A stretch of 64,000 bases of DNA, from NCBI GenBank assembly GCA_009914755.4, contig CP068257.2:8576001-8640000 (forward strand), in the 5' to 3' direction. This DNA is from the human T2T-CHM13v2.0 reference genome, Homo sapiens. Shown here one piece after another: positions 51,578 through 64,000 of this stretch (position 1 is its first letter; each line of letters begins with the position of its first letter). The notes beneath the pieces are model-generated. The model did no database searches, was not told the DNA's origin, and saw only the letters and a program-made list of their open reading frames with translations. A program made the translations under genes and the position numbers.

Positions 51578-53390
51578 GAAGCTTTTAATTTTTATAAAGC
51601 TTAGTTTTTTTTTTTATTTTATGGTTACTGCCTTATCTCTTTGATCTAAGACATCTTTGCTTACCTCAAAGTAAGGAAAATATTCTACATTGTCTTTTAG
51701 AGGCCTCATAGTTTTAGTTTTTACATTAAATCTGTCATTAATCTCAAATTAATTTTTCGCATGGTGTGAGTTTGGTTTCAAGATTTACTTTTTTTTTTTT
51801 TTTTTAACAACTTGATAGCCATTTGTGCCAGCACCACCGGTGTTTCCTTTTTGCATTAATCCATTTTCGTATCTTCATAAAAAATCAATTACATTTCTAT
51901 GTATTGGTCTATTTCTGGACTCTGTTCTATCGATTGTCTGTTTTTCTATTGGTATATGTATCTTGATTGCTATAATTTCATGAAGTCTTGAGATCAGATG
52001 GTGTGTGTCCTCCAACTTTGTACTTACTAACTATTAGTTTATTAATTTCTACAGTGAAGCCTGTTGGATTTTCTCGGGGAATTGTATTGAGTCCAGATTA
52101 TTTTGGGGGAGAATCAACATCTTAATATTCGGCCTCAATATTTAATAATTTTCAATGTAGCAGTCTTGCATGCCTGTTTAAAAATTTATTCTTAAGTATT
52201 CTATAATTTTACACTACTGTCAGTAGAACTTTTGAATTTGATTTTCCAGTTGTTTGCTCTCAGTATGTAGATACACAATTGATTTTTGTATAGTGACTTT
52301 GTAGTCTGATAAGTCTGTTTCACTTATTACTTCTAGTGGTTTGTTTATATAGAAAACTAAGAAATTTGCAATTACGTTTCCTCTGACTATCCTTTTACTT
52401 CTTACTTTCTAATCCTTATGTCTTGTCTTGCTTTTTATTGGTTTATTATACTGTCCAGGACTTCCATAGTGTTGAACAGAAGTCACGAGAATGGGCATAA
52501 TTGCATGGTTCCCAAGCTTAGGCAGAAAGCTTTCAGTAGTCCACCGTATGGTATGATGTCTGTAGGATCTGCAGAGAAAACCTTTATCAAAATGAGGACA
52601 TTCCTTTTAAACTTTGTTTCTTGGGAGTTTTTATCATAACGATGTTTAATGCTGTCAAATGCCTCTTTCTGTATTTGTTGAGATGATTACACAACTTTCT
52701 TCATTCTACCAATGAATTACATTGGTTTCATTTTCAACTTTTAAACTAACTTTACATCCCTGAGATAAACCCCACTTGGTTGTGGTGCGTTGTCCTTAGG
52801 GATATTGCTAGAGTTGATTTCTAGGTGTTTGTTTGTTTGTTTGTAAGATTTCTATATTGGTGTTGATGGGAGATATTGGACTTTTGTATCCTTTTCTTGT
52901 AATGACTTTATTTGATTTTGGTGTCAAGGTGATATTTGGTGTCATAAAATTAGACGGGAAGTGCTGTCTCCTTCCCTGTTTTTGGAAATAGCTGTGTAAG
53001 ATCGGTATGATTTCTTCTTTACATGTTTGATAGGATTTACCAGTGAAGTCATCTGAACCTAGAGGGTTTTATTTGGTTTGGTTTTATTTTTTTGTGGGAG
53101 AATTAAGATTTTTTTAAGAGATATTTTCAGATTTTTCTGTTGTCAGTTTTGGTAATTTGTGTCTTTTAGGAAAATTTCATTTCATCCAAGTTGTTGGATT
53201 TATTGGCATAAAATTGTTCAGAATATTCCTTTAATATCCTTTTAATGTCTTATAATCTAATCTGTATTGCAGTCTCTTCATATTGGTAATTTGTGTTTTT
53301 TCTATTTTTTCCTGGATCAGTCAGTCTAGCTGGAGGTTTATCAATTCTTTATAAGATCACTTATTTTAGATCATTAATGATCTTTTAATA

Positions 53391-53596
53391 CAGGGGTATT
53401 CAAACTTTTAGCTTCCCTGGGCCACAGTGGAAGGAGAATTGTCTTGGGCCACAAATAGAATACACTAATGATAGGCTGATGAGCCAAAAAAAAAGGAAAA
53501 AAAATCTCATAATGTTTCAAGAAAGTTTATGAATTAGTGTTGGGCTGCATTCAAAGCTGGCCTGGGCCACATGCAGCCCTCAGGTTGGACAAGCCT
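53391..53596 (+). mobile_element. Second copy of the MER-type MITE seen at 10298-10516.
   Basis: 'caggggtattcaaacttttagcttccctgggccacagtggaaggagaattgtcttgggccacaaatagaatacactaatg...ggctgcattcaaagctggcctgggccacatgcagccctcaggttggacaagcctg'. Confidence 0.65.
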
Positions 53597-53957
53597 GTTT
53601 CAGTATTACTTATTTTGTCTTTTTTTCATTTTTTATTTCATTTATTTTCAGTCTTTTTTTTTCCTCCCTTTAACTTATTTTCAGTTTACTTTGCTCTTGT
53701 TTTATTGCTTCTTAAGAAAGCAGTTAGATATCTTCATTCCATGTTAGTTTTAGTTATAGTCAACACATTTTGCTTTCATTTTCATTCCATTCAAAATATC
53801 ATCTAGTTTTCCTTGTGATTTTTCTTTTCATGGACATTTGAGTTATTTAAAAGTGTATTGTTTTTAATTTCTACTACATAGAGATATTATAGGTATGTTA
53901 TTGTTGCTGATTTCTAATTCATTTATAGTATAGTTGGGGAACATACTTTCTCAGTGA

Positions 53958-54313
<356 letters not shown>

Positions 54314-55858
54314 GTGGTTCAGTGTTCTTCAGATGTCAATTAGATCAACTGGTGGAGCTTGTGACTATGCACATCTTCTGTGTCCTTACTGATTTTTTAC
54401 TCATCATACAATGTATTGAGAGTTATGTTAGAATCTCCAGCTGTAGTTCTAGATCTGTCTACTTGAGCAGTTTTTGCTTAAAGTATTTTGAAGCTGTCAT
54501 GTGTACACATTTAGGATTGTTAAGTCTTCCTTATAAATTCAGTCTTTCATTTTCATAACATTTTAACCTTTATTTCTGTTAAATGTCTTGATGCCTAGTT
54601 AAATTATTTGACCACCCTTTTGCTCCTGTCAAGCCTGGGTCTTTGTTAGTTTGTGCTTATTTATTAGGTTTTTGCCTGTAGACTTAGACAGTGACTCTTA
54701 CTCTAGGAAAGATTCATCCTCATGGGCCTCAGCCACATGTTCTAGGTATACTTTGTGAGTTCTCTCCACTCTGCTATGTCCCAAATTTGTGTGATCTCTG
54801 GCATCTCCAGTCAGCCCTCAGAAGTGCCAGCCACTCTGCAGAGGCCTTGTGGAGCCTGTCTGCTCTATGCACTCCCCCCAGCCCTTGGCCGCAGACCTGC
54901 CGAGAACTTTTGCATACTCTTTTGAGACCTCACCTGTATGTAGTTCCCTCTTCTCCAGTACCTTATTCTATAAACTCCAAACACCTTAGCACTGCAAGAC
55001 TCTCAGCTTAGAGTAAGTGGCATTGCCTCATTTTTGGACGTCTCTACCTCTCTCTGCATGGTCAAGAAACTGCCATTGGGCAGAAAACAGAAGTATGTGT
55101 GAGATTTGCCTCCTGTGTTTTCCAGTTCTCAAATATCACAGTCCTGTTCTGCCTGTGTTCCAATCCCTGAAAACAGTTCTCTCTAATATTCTATCCAGTT
55201 TCAGTTTTCTCATTGGTCATTGTGGGAGGGCAAGTCCATCTTGGCTGGAAGAGGAAGTCCTTCTGCATCTTTTTCTCTTTGTCCTTCCACCTTCTTTTGC
55301 ATTGTGGATTTTCTAAACTTGCTGTATAAGTAAGCATGTGCCTATTTGTGAAGGGAAAGAAAAAAACCTTTTAATTTTTTAAAGCTGTTCTGTTGGTTCT
55401 TCACAAGGATCTGAAGGGATTGGTAAATAGGATGAAAGAAATTCTGTCTCTAACATGGAGAATACCATGTGTGACATTAATAAAAATGAGCATGTCTGTA
55501 AGCAAAGAGTTTCACTGAGCTCTGCTAGATTCAGAAGCAATTGAACTTACAACATCACAGTTTGCAAAACACAGATTTGATTTACCCAGGAACTAAAGCT
55601 AAGTAAGCTATGGGTTAATAGAAGGTCTGTGAAGGGTACTTAGACTACAGTAAGATTGGGGAAGAAAATTCCATTTCCAAATCTAAGATATATCATTCCT
55701 TTGTGCCAAGAACATAATGAAGGTAGAGGTTTAAGGGGGCCCTTAGCACAGAAGCACTGGGTTAGTCAGAAGGTGAAGTGAGCTGTCACACAGCCTTGAT
55801 GCTAGAATGAGAGTGCCTTGGTAGTATTTTATCAGCCATGACACTGGTGCATCGGGAC

Positions 55859-56145
55859 TTTTTTTTTTTTTTTGAGACAGGCTCTTGCTTTGTTGCTCAG
55901 GCTGGAGTGCAGTGACATGATGGTGGTTCAGTTCACCCTCGACCTCGTAGGCTCAAGCAATCCTCTCACCTCAGACTCCCGAGTAGCTGGGACCACAGGC
56001 TTGTACCACCATACCCAGCTAATTTCTTAATTTTTTTGTAGAGATGGGGGTCTCCTTTTGTTGCCTAGGCTGATTTTGAACTCCTGGGCTTAAGTGATTA
56101 TCCTGCTTCCACCTCTCAAAGTGCTGGATTACAAACATGCCAGAC
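55859..56145 (-). mobile_element. Alu, minus orientation, older and diverged.
   Basis: 'tttttttttttttgagacaggctcttgctttgttgctcaggctggagtgcagtgacatgatggtggttcagttcaccctcgacctcgtaggctcaagcaatcctctcacctcagactcccgagtagctgggaccacaggcttgtaccaccatacccagctaatttc...gagatgggggtctccttttgttgcctaggctgattttgaactcctgggcttaagtgattatcctgcttccacctctcaaagtgctggattacaaacatgccagac'. Confidence 0.88.
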
Positions 56146-57124
56146 ATATAGAAACATTCTCAACTATGTGAAAATATGTGAAAAGCTTTGTTATGCATTG
56201 TGAGACAACCCAGTGGGAATATTTCACCATCTGCCTAAGGTTTAAAAGTAAATAACTTTAAGCATATGTCTAAATAGCAAGTAATGTTTTAGAGCGGATT
56301 CTCTTAAATTCAGCTTGTGTGTCTGCAGCATATACACAGCTGGAGCTGTCACCTGACATAGAGACAGGCAACTTCAGTGCCCACTGTTCTTAGGATCCAC
56401 TGCTTTTTCACAGCTAAAACCCCCAAGTGGCATCGTTAAGTATCATGTTATGTTACTTTAGTCGTTAAACGTATAAGCATACCTCCAAAGGTTGAATGTA
56501 GGCCACTTGCAGAAAGTAAGCAGAATGCTCACAGGTAATTCTTGATGATACTGTGTTTAGGTTTCTTATTCTTTGAAATCCCATTGAGAAAAAATACTGG
56601 CATCTGCTCAAAGTAATTTCTTTTTCAGTTGACAATATTATAAGTAATGTTATTGTATCATTTCCTTACTTGGACAGAGGGTGAAAATTTTGAGGAGCTT
56701 GTCTGCCAGAAATTTCTTCTTCATTTGAAAAACATTAATGAGATATTATATTTAAATGATTTTATTTAATATTAAGTGTACTTGGTGAACGTGGCATAGA
56801 ACATACAAAATAAAACTAATTTAAAATTATTAACTATTACATTTATAGGAAAGACTTGCTAATCATAACACTGTTCATAATGATTCTGAATAAAGCATTA
56901 TTTCTTTTACTGAAAACAATTGTAGCTATAACTCAGTCATCTAAATTGTCATTAGTTTTATTGCTTTCTAATCGTCTTGAGCTGAAATTTTAATTTTGAT
57001 TAATTTTCTTTTTCTCCATTGGTTTTGTGTGTGTGTGGAGGTAAAATATACAGAATATTGAATTTGCCAGTTTTTCTACTTTTACGTGTACACTTCAGTG
57101 GCATTTAAATACATGCATCATTTA

Positions 57125-57730
57125 CCTTCCCACCAGCATTGCACAGGGTTTCAGTTTACCACATTCTGCCCAACATTTGTTTTTCTGGTTTTCTTGGTTT
57201 CTGTTTTTTGTTTGTTTTGATAATAGCATTCTAATGGGTGTGAAGTGGTATTGCATTATGGTTTTGATTTATATTTCCCTACTGACTAGTGATGTTGAGC
57301 ATCTTTTCCAGTGCTTATTGGCCATTTGTATAACATCTTTGGAGCAATGTCCGTATATATCCTTTGCCCAGTTTTGAATTGTGGTATTTGTCTTTCTGGA
57401 GTTCTCTATATAGTCTGGATATTAATTCCTTATAATGTTTGTAGTTTACAAATATTTTCTGCATTTTCTGGGTTGCCTTTTACTCTGTTGACAGTGGTTC
57501 TTAATGCACAAAATTTTTAATTCTGATGAAGTCCAGTTTGTCTACGTTTTCTTTTGTTGCCTGTGCCTTTGATGTTCTATATAAGAAATCATTGCCAAAT
57601 TCATTGTCGTGAAGCTTTTCCCATTTTCTTCTAAAAGTTTTCTAACTTTAGCTCTTACATTTAGGTCTTTTGTCTATTTTAAGTTACTTTTTGTATTTTG
57701 TGTTAGATAAGGGTCCAACTTCATTTTAGC
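57125..57730 (-). mobile_element. L1 fragment (ORF2 C-terminal region), older family, antisense on + strand.
   Basis: 'ccaccagcattgcacagggtttcagtttaccacattctgcccaacatttgtttttctggttttcttggtttctgttttttgtttgttttgataatagcattctaatgggtgtgaagtggtattgcattatggttttgatttatatttccctactgactagtgatgttgagcatcttttccagtgcttattggccatttgtataacatctttggagcaatgtccgtatatatcctttgcccagttttgaattgtggtatttgtc...ttctgatgaagtccagtttgtctacgttttcttttgttgcctgtgcctttgatgttctatataagaaatcattgcc...ttagctcttacatttaggtcttttgtc'. Confidence 0.85.
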
Positions 57731-58360
57731 TAAAATTTTATGTATTTTAAAATTGACTATGAAAAGCATGAAATGTTTAGTTGAATAGAAAGTTTTGTGC
57801 AGTGGAATAAACTGAATCTTTAAAACCTTTTTATTATGGAAATATGCAAACTAATCCATACATAGAAGAATATAATGAGTCCCCCATGTGCCCAGGCCCC
57901 AGTATTAATTATCAATATTTTGCCAATCTCGTTTCATTTACATACACACCCCCACACACTTTTTTCCTAGAAAATTTTAAGTAAAATCACAGATATTACA
58001 TCATTTTACCCATAAGTACATAAATGTGCATTTCTTAACGTGGTATGTCTTTCTCTCATCACCTGTTTTGTTCTTTACTTTTATACATTATACTATGTCA
58101 TTATCAGACCTTGTAAAATTAACAAGAATTCCTTAATATGTAATATCCATTTAATGATTGACTCATTTCTACTCTAGTTAAAGTACAATTTAGGAGGAGT
58201 TTTGAGGATATTTTTTAACATTAAGATATAAACTTTTATAACAACGCTAAAATAATGTTTGCTAGACTCTAACATTTCTATTGGCAAATTGGACATTAGT
58301 ATACATAGACATAGGTTCTGCTCATTTTGCTTTCAATGTAAAATCATAGTTAAGATTACT

Positions 58361-58663
58361 GGCTGGGAGCGGTGGCTCAAACCTGTAATCTCAGCACTTT
58401 GGGAGGCAGAGGCGGGTGGATCACGAGGTCAGGAGTTCAAGACCAGCCTGACCAATGTGGTGAAACCCCGTCTCTACTAAAAATACAAAAAAAATTATTC
58501 GGGCATGGTGGCAGGCTCTTGTAACCCCAGCTACTCGGGAAGCTAGGCAGAGAATTGTTTGAACCCAGGAAGTGGAGGTTGCAGTGAGCCAAGATCACAT
58601 CACTGCACTCCAGCCTGGGCGACAGAGCGAGACTCCATCTCAAAAAAAAAAAAAAAAAAAAAA
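58361..58663 (+). mobile_element. Full-length Alu (AluS/Y-like), plus orientation, with A23 tail.
   Basis: 'ggctgggagcggtggctcaaacctgtaatctcagcactttgggaggcagaggcgggtggatcacgaggtcaggagttcaagaccagcctgaccaatgtggtgaaaccccgtctctactaaaaatacaaaaaaaattattcgggcatggtggcaggctcttgtaaccccagctactcgggaagctaggcagagaattgtttgaacccaggaagtggaggttgcagtgagccaagatcacatcactgcactccagcctgggcgacagagcgagactccatctcaaaaaaaaaaaaaaaaaaaaaa'. TSD 'a(g)attact'. Confidence 0.95.
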
Positions 58664-58816
58664 ATTACTATGCTAGAAAGTCTTCCTGTAGAGGCATTTT
58701 TAAGAAGCATTATGATAGGCATTGCCTCTGGAAAGCAGGCATGAATAGATGGCTGGGGTCTATCACGAGAGAGACCGTTCTTCATATATCACTTTGTACC
58801 CTCACATGTTGCCTTT

Positions 58817-58984
58817 TGTTTTGTTTTGGTCTTTTTTTGAGACAGGACCTTGTTCTGTCACTCAGGCTAGAGTACAGTGGCGTGATCATAGCTCACTATA
58901 ACCTTGAGCTCCTGGGCTCAAGTGATCCTCTTTCACAGCTCCCTGAGTAGCTGGGATTACAGGCATGCACCCCCATGCCGGGCT
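58817..58984 (-). mobile_element. Truncated Alu (about one monomer), minus orientation.
   Basis: 'ttttgttttgttttggtctttttttgagacaggaccttgttctgtcactcaggctagagtacagtggcgtgatcatagctcactataaccttgagctcctgggctcaagtgatcctctttcacagctccctgagtagctgggattacaggcatgcacccccatgccgggct'. Confidence 0.85.
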
Positions 58985-59313
58985 GTATGTTGCTATTGTG
59001 TATTTTAAAATCCTAATCCTGACTGTGCTGTTAGTTGCAGGAATCTGTGCACATACATGCAAACAAGTACATGTAAAACTGGTGAAATCTGAATAAGCTT
59101 CATTGGTTATATCAATGTCAGTTTCCTTATTCTAACAAAGTATGATACTTATGCAAGATGTTATCATTGAGACAAAGCGAGTAAAAGATATGTGAGATCT
59201 TCGTAGTATTTCTTATGACTGCAAAATAAAAGGTTTTTAAAACTAAGTTATAATAACAAAGAACTCTGTGTCAAAACTAAAATATAAAATTGAAATATCA
59301 TTTTATTTTTTAG

Positions 59314-59436
59314 GAATCTGGTGAACAGTAACAAACTTTGGTGAAATTTCAGGAACCATAGCCATTGAAATGGATGAGGGAACCTATATACATGCACTCG
59401 ACAATGGCCTTTTTACCCTGGGAGCTCCACACAAAG
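59314..59436 (+). pseudogene. FRG1: FRG1-family exon 3: (G)[39 protein letters not shown], with TGG->TGA nonsense at the second Trp.
   Basis: 'ttttattttttag|GAATCTGGTGAACAGTAACAAACTTTGGTGAAATTTCAGGAACCATAGCCATTGAAATGGATGAGGGAACCTATATACATGCACTCGACAATGGCCTTTTTACCCTGGGAGCTCCACACAAAG|gtttgt'. FRG1 has '[41 protein letters not shown]'. Confidence 0.85.
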
Positions 59437-60213
59437 GTTTGTGTCTGGAAGGGAAGATCCTGCCACAAGTGTAGATTTTAGGACATTCATTCACTTAGGC
59501 CAAACTCTAACTAGTCTCAAACATTTTCCAAAGGAAAGGAACCATTGCATTAGACTCTTCCATTTTTTTTAATTCCTTAATATTTACCAGCCATTGGCAA
59601 GTCCCTCTTTCTAATATAAGCATTTGAAAACATTCCATATAGTTCCAGAAGAGTATCTTTGGAAATCAAAACAATATGAATAATTAAAATAGTAAGTGGA
59701 AAGAAAAAAGAAAACCTATTTGAGTCAAACATATTTGAATTTCTTTTTTATTCAGACCTATTACCAAAACTAACCTGGGTGAATTTAACAATTTGAAGTT
59801 TCCTCATTTTCTTTAGCCCATTAGAGGAAACACTAATGAGATACGAAGTAATTAGAAGATAAAAAGCAGTATCATTTCATAAGCAAGGCCATCCATTGAA
59901 TAAATGAAAGCATTTAGCTTTTTTAAATAAGTGCTTATTTATGACTGTATTTTAAAACATAAAGAGAAGCTATCTCGAAAGTTATTAAATAAGCATTATA
60001 TCACCCTGTCTTAGTGTATAAAATTAACACTGTAGCTAAAAGAAGGTAAAATAGATCTTGATTCCAAAGATACAGTATTGCAGTGACATCAGTATATCTG
60101 AATATTCTTACATTTAATTGCAGAAGAAAATAGCCACATTTTTTAAAACATAATAATATCTTTATATTTATAGAAAATGTCAAATTTATTTTCAAATGTT
60201 TTTTCTCCAATAG

Positions 60214-60271
60214 TTGATGAGGGCCCTAGTCCTCCAGAGCAGTTTATGGCTGTCAAATTATCTGATTCCAG
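60214..60271 (+). pseudogene. FRG1: FRG1-family exon 4: VDEGPSPPEQFMAVKLSDSR, compared with FRG1 'EVDEGPSPPEQFTAVKLSDSR'. It is one codon shorter and carries T->M.
   Basis: 'ttttctccaatag|TTGATGAGGGCCCTAGTCCTCCAGAGCAGTTTATGGCTGTCAAATTATCTGATTCCAG|gtgaac'. Confidence 0.8.
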
Positions 60272-61618
60272 GTGAACTTATATTGTAATATAATTAGTAA
60301 CCAGTTATTTTAAAAACTTAATTGTATTCATTAAAAATTTTAGTATCTATCTTAAGCCTATGGTAATTTTGATATAAAAAATGGAATAGCTTTTTTGAAA
60401 AGTAGATTTTGTGATCTACTTTTAGTGGATTTCCTATCAATATATAATGCTAGGCTGGAAAAAAGATATGTAAGTTAAAAAATGAAGATTAATAATTTCA
60501 CACACCAAATAAGATAGATTAAAAAATAAATCAATTTGTACAAAACCTGGTTCACTGTTGCTATGATATTTAAACTCACTGTTTGGAAGTCTAAAGACAA
60601 ACAGGAAGACTAAAAAAAATTAATATTGTTGAAACCAGCAGAGAATGTTACAACATCATTACGACCAAAAGAATATTTTTACTCACTATTTTTACAGTCA
60701 TTTTAAAAAGTAACCTTTTTTATTCTCACCTTGTGTAGAAGTATAGAATGATTCTTTGGGTAAAAGATAATGAAAGTGAATTTACATATTTTAGTAATTG
60801 GTTACATCAACATGATAATGATTTCTGTTATATAATCATTAATGTATAAAGGAGTAAAAGTCAATTCTGGCATCCGAGGAGATTCTTGGTAAGGTAAAAG
60901 AAATCATAATTTTAAAAAAAATCACATTAAGATGATTATTTCTATACTTTCCTTGAAAGTCTGATAAGTAGGGTGAAAGACAGAATAAAAACAGAGGAAG
61001 AAAAATTCAATAGTTTTAAACTGCTTTACAATTATAAACAAAAAAGGATTATAAAGAAAATTAACTGACAAATGAGAAAATATTTGCAACAATCTTAATA
61101 GGCAGTGAGTTCTTACTCTTCATATGTATCTTGTATAAAATTCATAGCACTGAAGACCCCAGTAGAAAAATTGCGAACAATCAGATCTGAATAGAAAAAT
61201 GGACAAGGGACATTATCAGATAATCTAAAAACTAAAAAGGAAAGGAAAAGAAAAACGATTGTTATTCTAGTTAACTACTAAAATGCAAATTAATAGGATA
61301 CTGTTTTTTTCCATATCAAGTTTTCAAGTATTTTTTTAGAGTCATAATGTTTAAAAAAAAATCCATGATACAAAACATACTCTGTTAATTTGAGGTAAGA
61401 ATGTAAATGGAAGCAGCATTTTCTGGAAAACAGTTTGATGACATAAAGTTTTAGTAATTTAATATTGAAATTTATAATTAAAGAGGTATAATTGAAGAAT
61501 GACGAATTATGAAAATATTTGTTATGTAATAAAGGTACAATGTTTTTATTAAAAAAGCAAAATATAAAACTAAATTTAAAACTGTACAGTCCAATATGGC
61601 AACAACTAGTCACATGTA

Positions 61619-61915
61619 GCTTTTTTTTTTTTTTGAGGCACAGAGTCTCAATCTGTCACCCAGGTTGGAGGGCAGTGGTGTGATCATAGCTCATTATAAC
61701 CTCAAATTTCTGGGCTCAAGCACTCCTCCTGCATCAGTCTCCCAAGTAGCTGGTATTACATGTGCACACCACCATGCCCAGCTAACTTTTTAAATTTTTT
61801 GTAAAGATGGGGTCTCACTATGTTGTCCAGGCTGATCTTGAACTTCTTGCCTCAAGCAATTCTCCCATTGCCTTCCCAAAGCACAGAGATTACAGGAGTG
61901 AGTTACCTCTCAGCC
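61619..61915 (-). mobile_element. Alu (AluJ-like, diverged), minus orientation, in intron 4 of the FRG1-like gene.
   Basis: 'tttttttttttttttgaggcacagagtctcaatctgtcacccaggttggagggcagtggtgtgatcatagctcattataacctcaaatttctgggctcaagcactcctcctgcatcagtctcccaagtagctggtattacatgtgcacaccaccatgcccagctaactttttaaattttttgtaaagatggggtctcactatgttgtccaggctgatcttgaacttcttgcctcaagcaattctcccattgccttcccaaagcacagagattacaggagtgag'. Confidence 0.9.
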
Positions 61916-62060
61916 ACATGCATCTTTTGAACTCTTGGAATATGTCCAGTCTGAAACTTTAGATATGTACACACCTACACACATACACATGTCCTGTTTT
62001 GATGTCCTATAATTAATTTTCTCTCAGTTTTTAACTTTTATCTATCTTATTAATGTACAG

Positions 62061-62175
62061 AATTGCCCTGAAATCTGGCTATGGAAAATATCTTGGTATA
62101 AATTCAGATGAACTTGTTGTTGGGCGTTCAGATGCAATTGGACCAAGAGAACAATGGGAACCAGTCTTTCAAAAT
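62061..62175 (+). pseudogene. FRG1: FRG1-family exon 5: [38 protein letters not shown], compared with FRG1 '...INSDGLVV...'.
   Basis: 'ttaatgtacag|AATTGCCCTGAAATCTGGCTATGGAAAATATCTTGGTATAAATTCAGATGAACTTGTTGTTGGGCGTTCAGATGCAATTGGACCAAGAGAACAATGGGAACCAGTCTTTCAAAAT|gtaagtgc'. Confidence 0.85.
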
Positions 62176-64000
62176 GTAAGTGCTGTTTTTGTTTATAAAA
62201 ACTTCCTGTCAGTTTAATAGAAAGTCTGTAACAGTCAATCATAATATATTTAAAAAGAAAAAGTAGGATGCAATGTATAATACATTAAATTGGAATAAAC
62301 CGCTAAGAACATAGAGGCTTAAAGAGATCTCAAAATGTAGTGCAACAAAAATAGCATTAGTACATTTGCCCACAATTATTTCTCTATACCCTTAGTGCCT
62401 AGATATGGAACTCATTTCCATTGAAGAACCAGTCAATTTTAGGTCACAGAGTAGGAAAACAGAATAGTTCCTAAGTATCTTCTTTGTAGCAGAAATCATG
62501 GATGATTTCAGAAACATTACAGACTGTAAGCAAACAGTGGAGCTAGCTAAGACCAAGTTGTGACAATTTGCATATAAAATATAAATAATAATGGTTCATT
62601 GAAGTAAATTATCTCTAAAAGACTTTCAGTTCATAAGCTTAAAATAGTGTATGAAAAGATAGTTTTAATATAAGAAGAAAAAAGATAATATACTAATTCT
62701 TAATTTTAGTAAGTAAACAGTTGTAGTATATGGATGTTTTGTTAAATCTTTGTTGATACAGAATACATAATTTCCTTTTTCTGTTTGTGTGAGAAGGAAA
62801 GATTGAACAAAAATATGTGAGTGCTAAACTGTCTTTAAAAAGTAGATAACTATATCAAAAAGAGTAAGGACCAGTGGGCACCATGCAGAACAAGCAAATA
62901 GAAGATAAGTTCAGCCTTTGAGTAGCAGCTTTGGTAGTATACAATAATGAACTGAAAATAGGTACTCAGCAGTGTTTTCTAAGATGACAGATTAAACAAA
63001 CATGCCACCAGAAAGTGGTAATCACTTAGACTAATTTCCTCATCCCCTAGGATAAAGTCTTAAGTCGGTGACTTGAAAACTATTTTGACCCAATCCATTG
63101 ACAAATGCATTTTCACATTGCAGCCCAGCACACACATATGTATAACTGAAGCAAGAGTTGTACTTAACAATACTTACTTATCCATGTGTTATGCACCTTG
63201 ATATTTCTTATTCTCTTTTACCCCTTTCTCTGTGTGTCTGTGTGTATTCCTTTTCCCCCCCACCCACCCAATACCGTTCAGGAAACACTACATTGATTTC
63301 ATTACCTGCTAATGTGTTGCAACCCCTTTGAGATGATCCTACTTATTATGATGAGATGCTTCTAATAAAAGTTACACCAGTAGAAAATGCCAATATTTCA
63401 TAAGGCCAGAATGATGACTTAGATAGTACTAATAATACAACACTTTAGGAAAGTTCATTTTATTTTATTTTTAGGAAGGACGCTAAGTTTCAAAAATTTA
63501 AATTTAAATGAAAGAAGGTCTTAAAACTCTATTGCAAAAAGGACTCAGCTGAATAATCTGTGACACAGGTTTAAATCGCCTTGGGCCACACCGCTGTGTT
63601 CCAGAGCTCACCAGGAGCCATCCAGATGAGAGACCACCCAGCCCTTGTGACTTGACTAAGAAATTAAATCCATGTTATCAGCACGTTTTTAACTGGATGT
63701 GATATAAGGTTAACATATTTTGTAATCATTGTATTTATAAATATTTTGTCTAAATGTTATGGTATTACAAGTTTTCCAGAAGAATCAACCAAATACAGTT
63801 ATAAATAAACGTTATATTTGTTTATGGGAATTAAGCTAACCAAATTTATAACCCAGATTTAGATACACAAGAAAATCAGTTTTTAAAGTTTTGTTTAATA
63901 GAAACCAGTGTAATACATCAAATATTAAACAATTAAAAATGTATATGAATATTTACTTTCACACACAAAAGTCCCTCAGACATTGATTCTTAAATTCAAA

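Overview
This is primate (human-like) nuclear DNA, not prokaryotic. It is AT-rich and roughly half interspersed repeats: Alu, L1 in both orientations, ERVL-MaLR LTRs (THE1/MST/MLT1-like), MIR, MADE1 and a MER-type MITE. The one clear gene is the 5' half of an FRG1-family locus on the + strand. It has a CpG-island promoter at ~47.5-48.5 kb and exons 1-5 at 48158-62175, encoding 'MAEYSFVKSTKLVLKG...[27 protein letters not shown]...'. This copy shows apparent disabling lesions (a nonsense codon in exon 3, a 1-nt deletion at the end of exon 2 and a non-GT exon-1 donor), so it is most likely an FRG1 paralog pseudogene. Other notable structures: a 7SL (SRP RNA) retropseudogene nested in an antisense L1, carrying an internal ~31-bp tandem expansion (~8 units); a full-length THE1-class MaLR element (LTR-internal-LTR) inserted into, and splitting, a free Alu monomer; a diverged local duplication of ~0.9-1.3 kb (28.05-29.41 kb vs 31.06-31.97 kb) flanking a GC-rich, CpG-retaining block; a ~370-bp polypurine (GGAA/GAAA)n tract; and a near-full-length but decayed L1 (~6 kb) with nested Alu and LTR insertions. 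No CRISPR array, operon-like system, tRNA or rRNA gene is supportable. Most long ORFs in the track are artefacts of GC-rich or low-complexity sequence. Coordinates of repeat boundaries are approximate (±10-30 bp) because they were read by eye.
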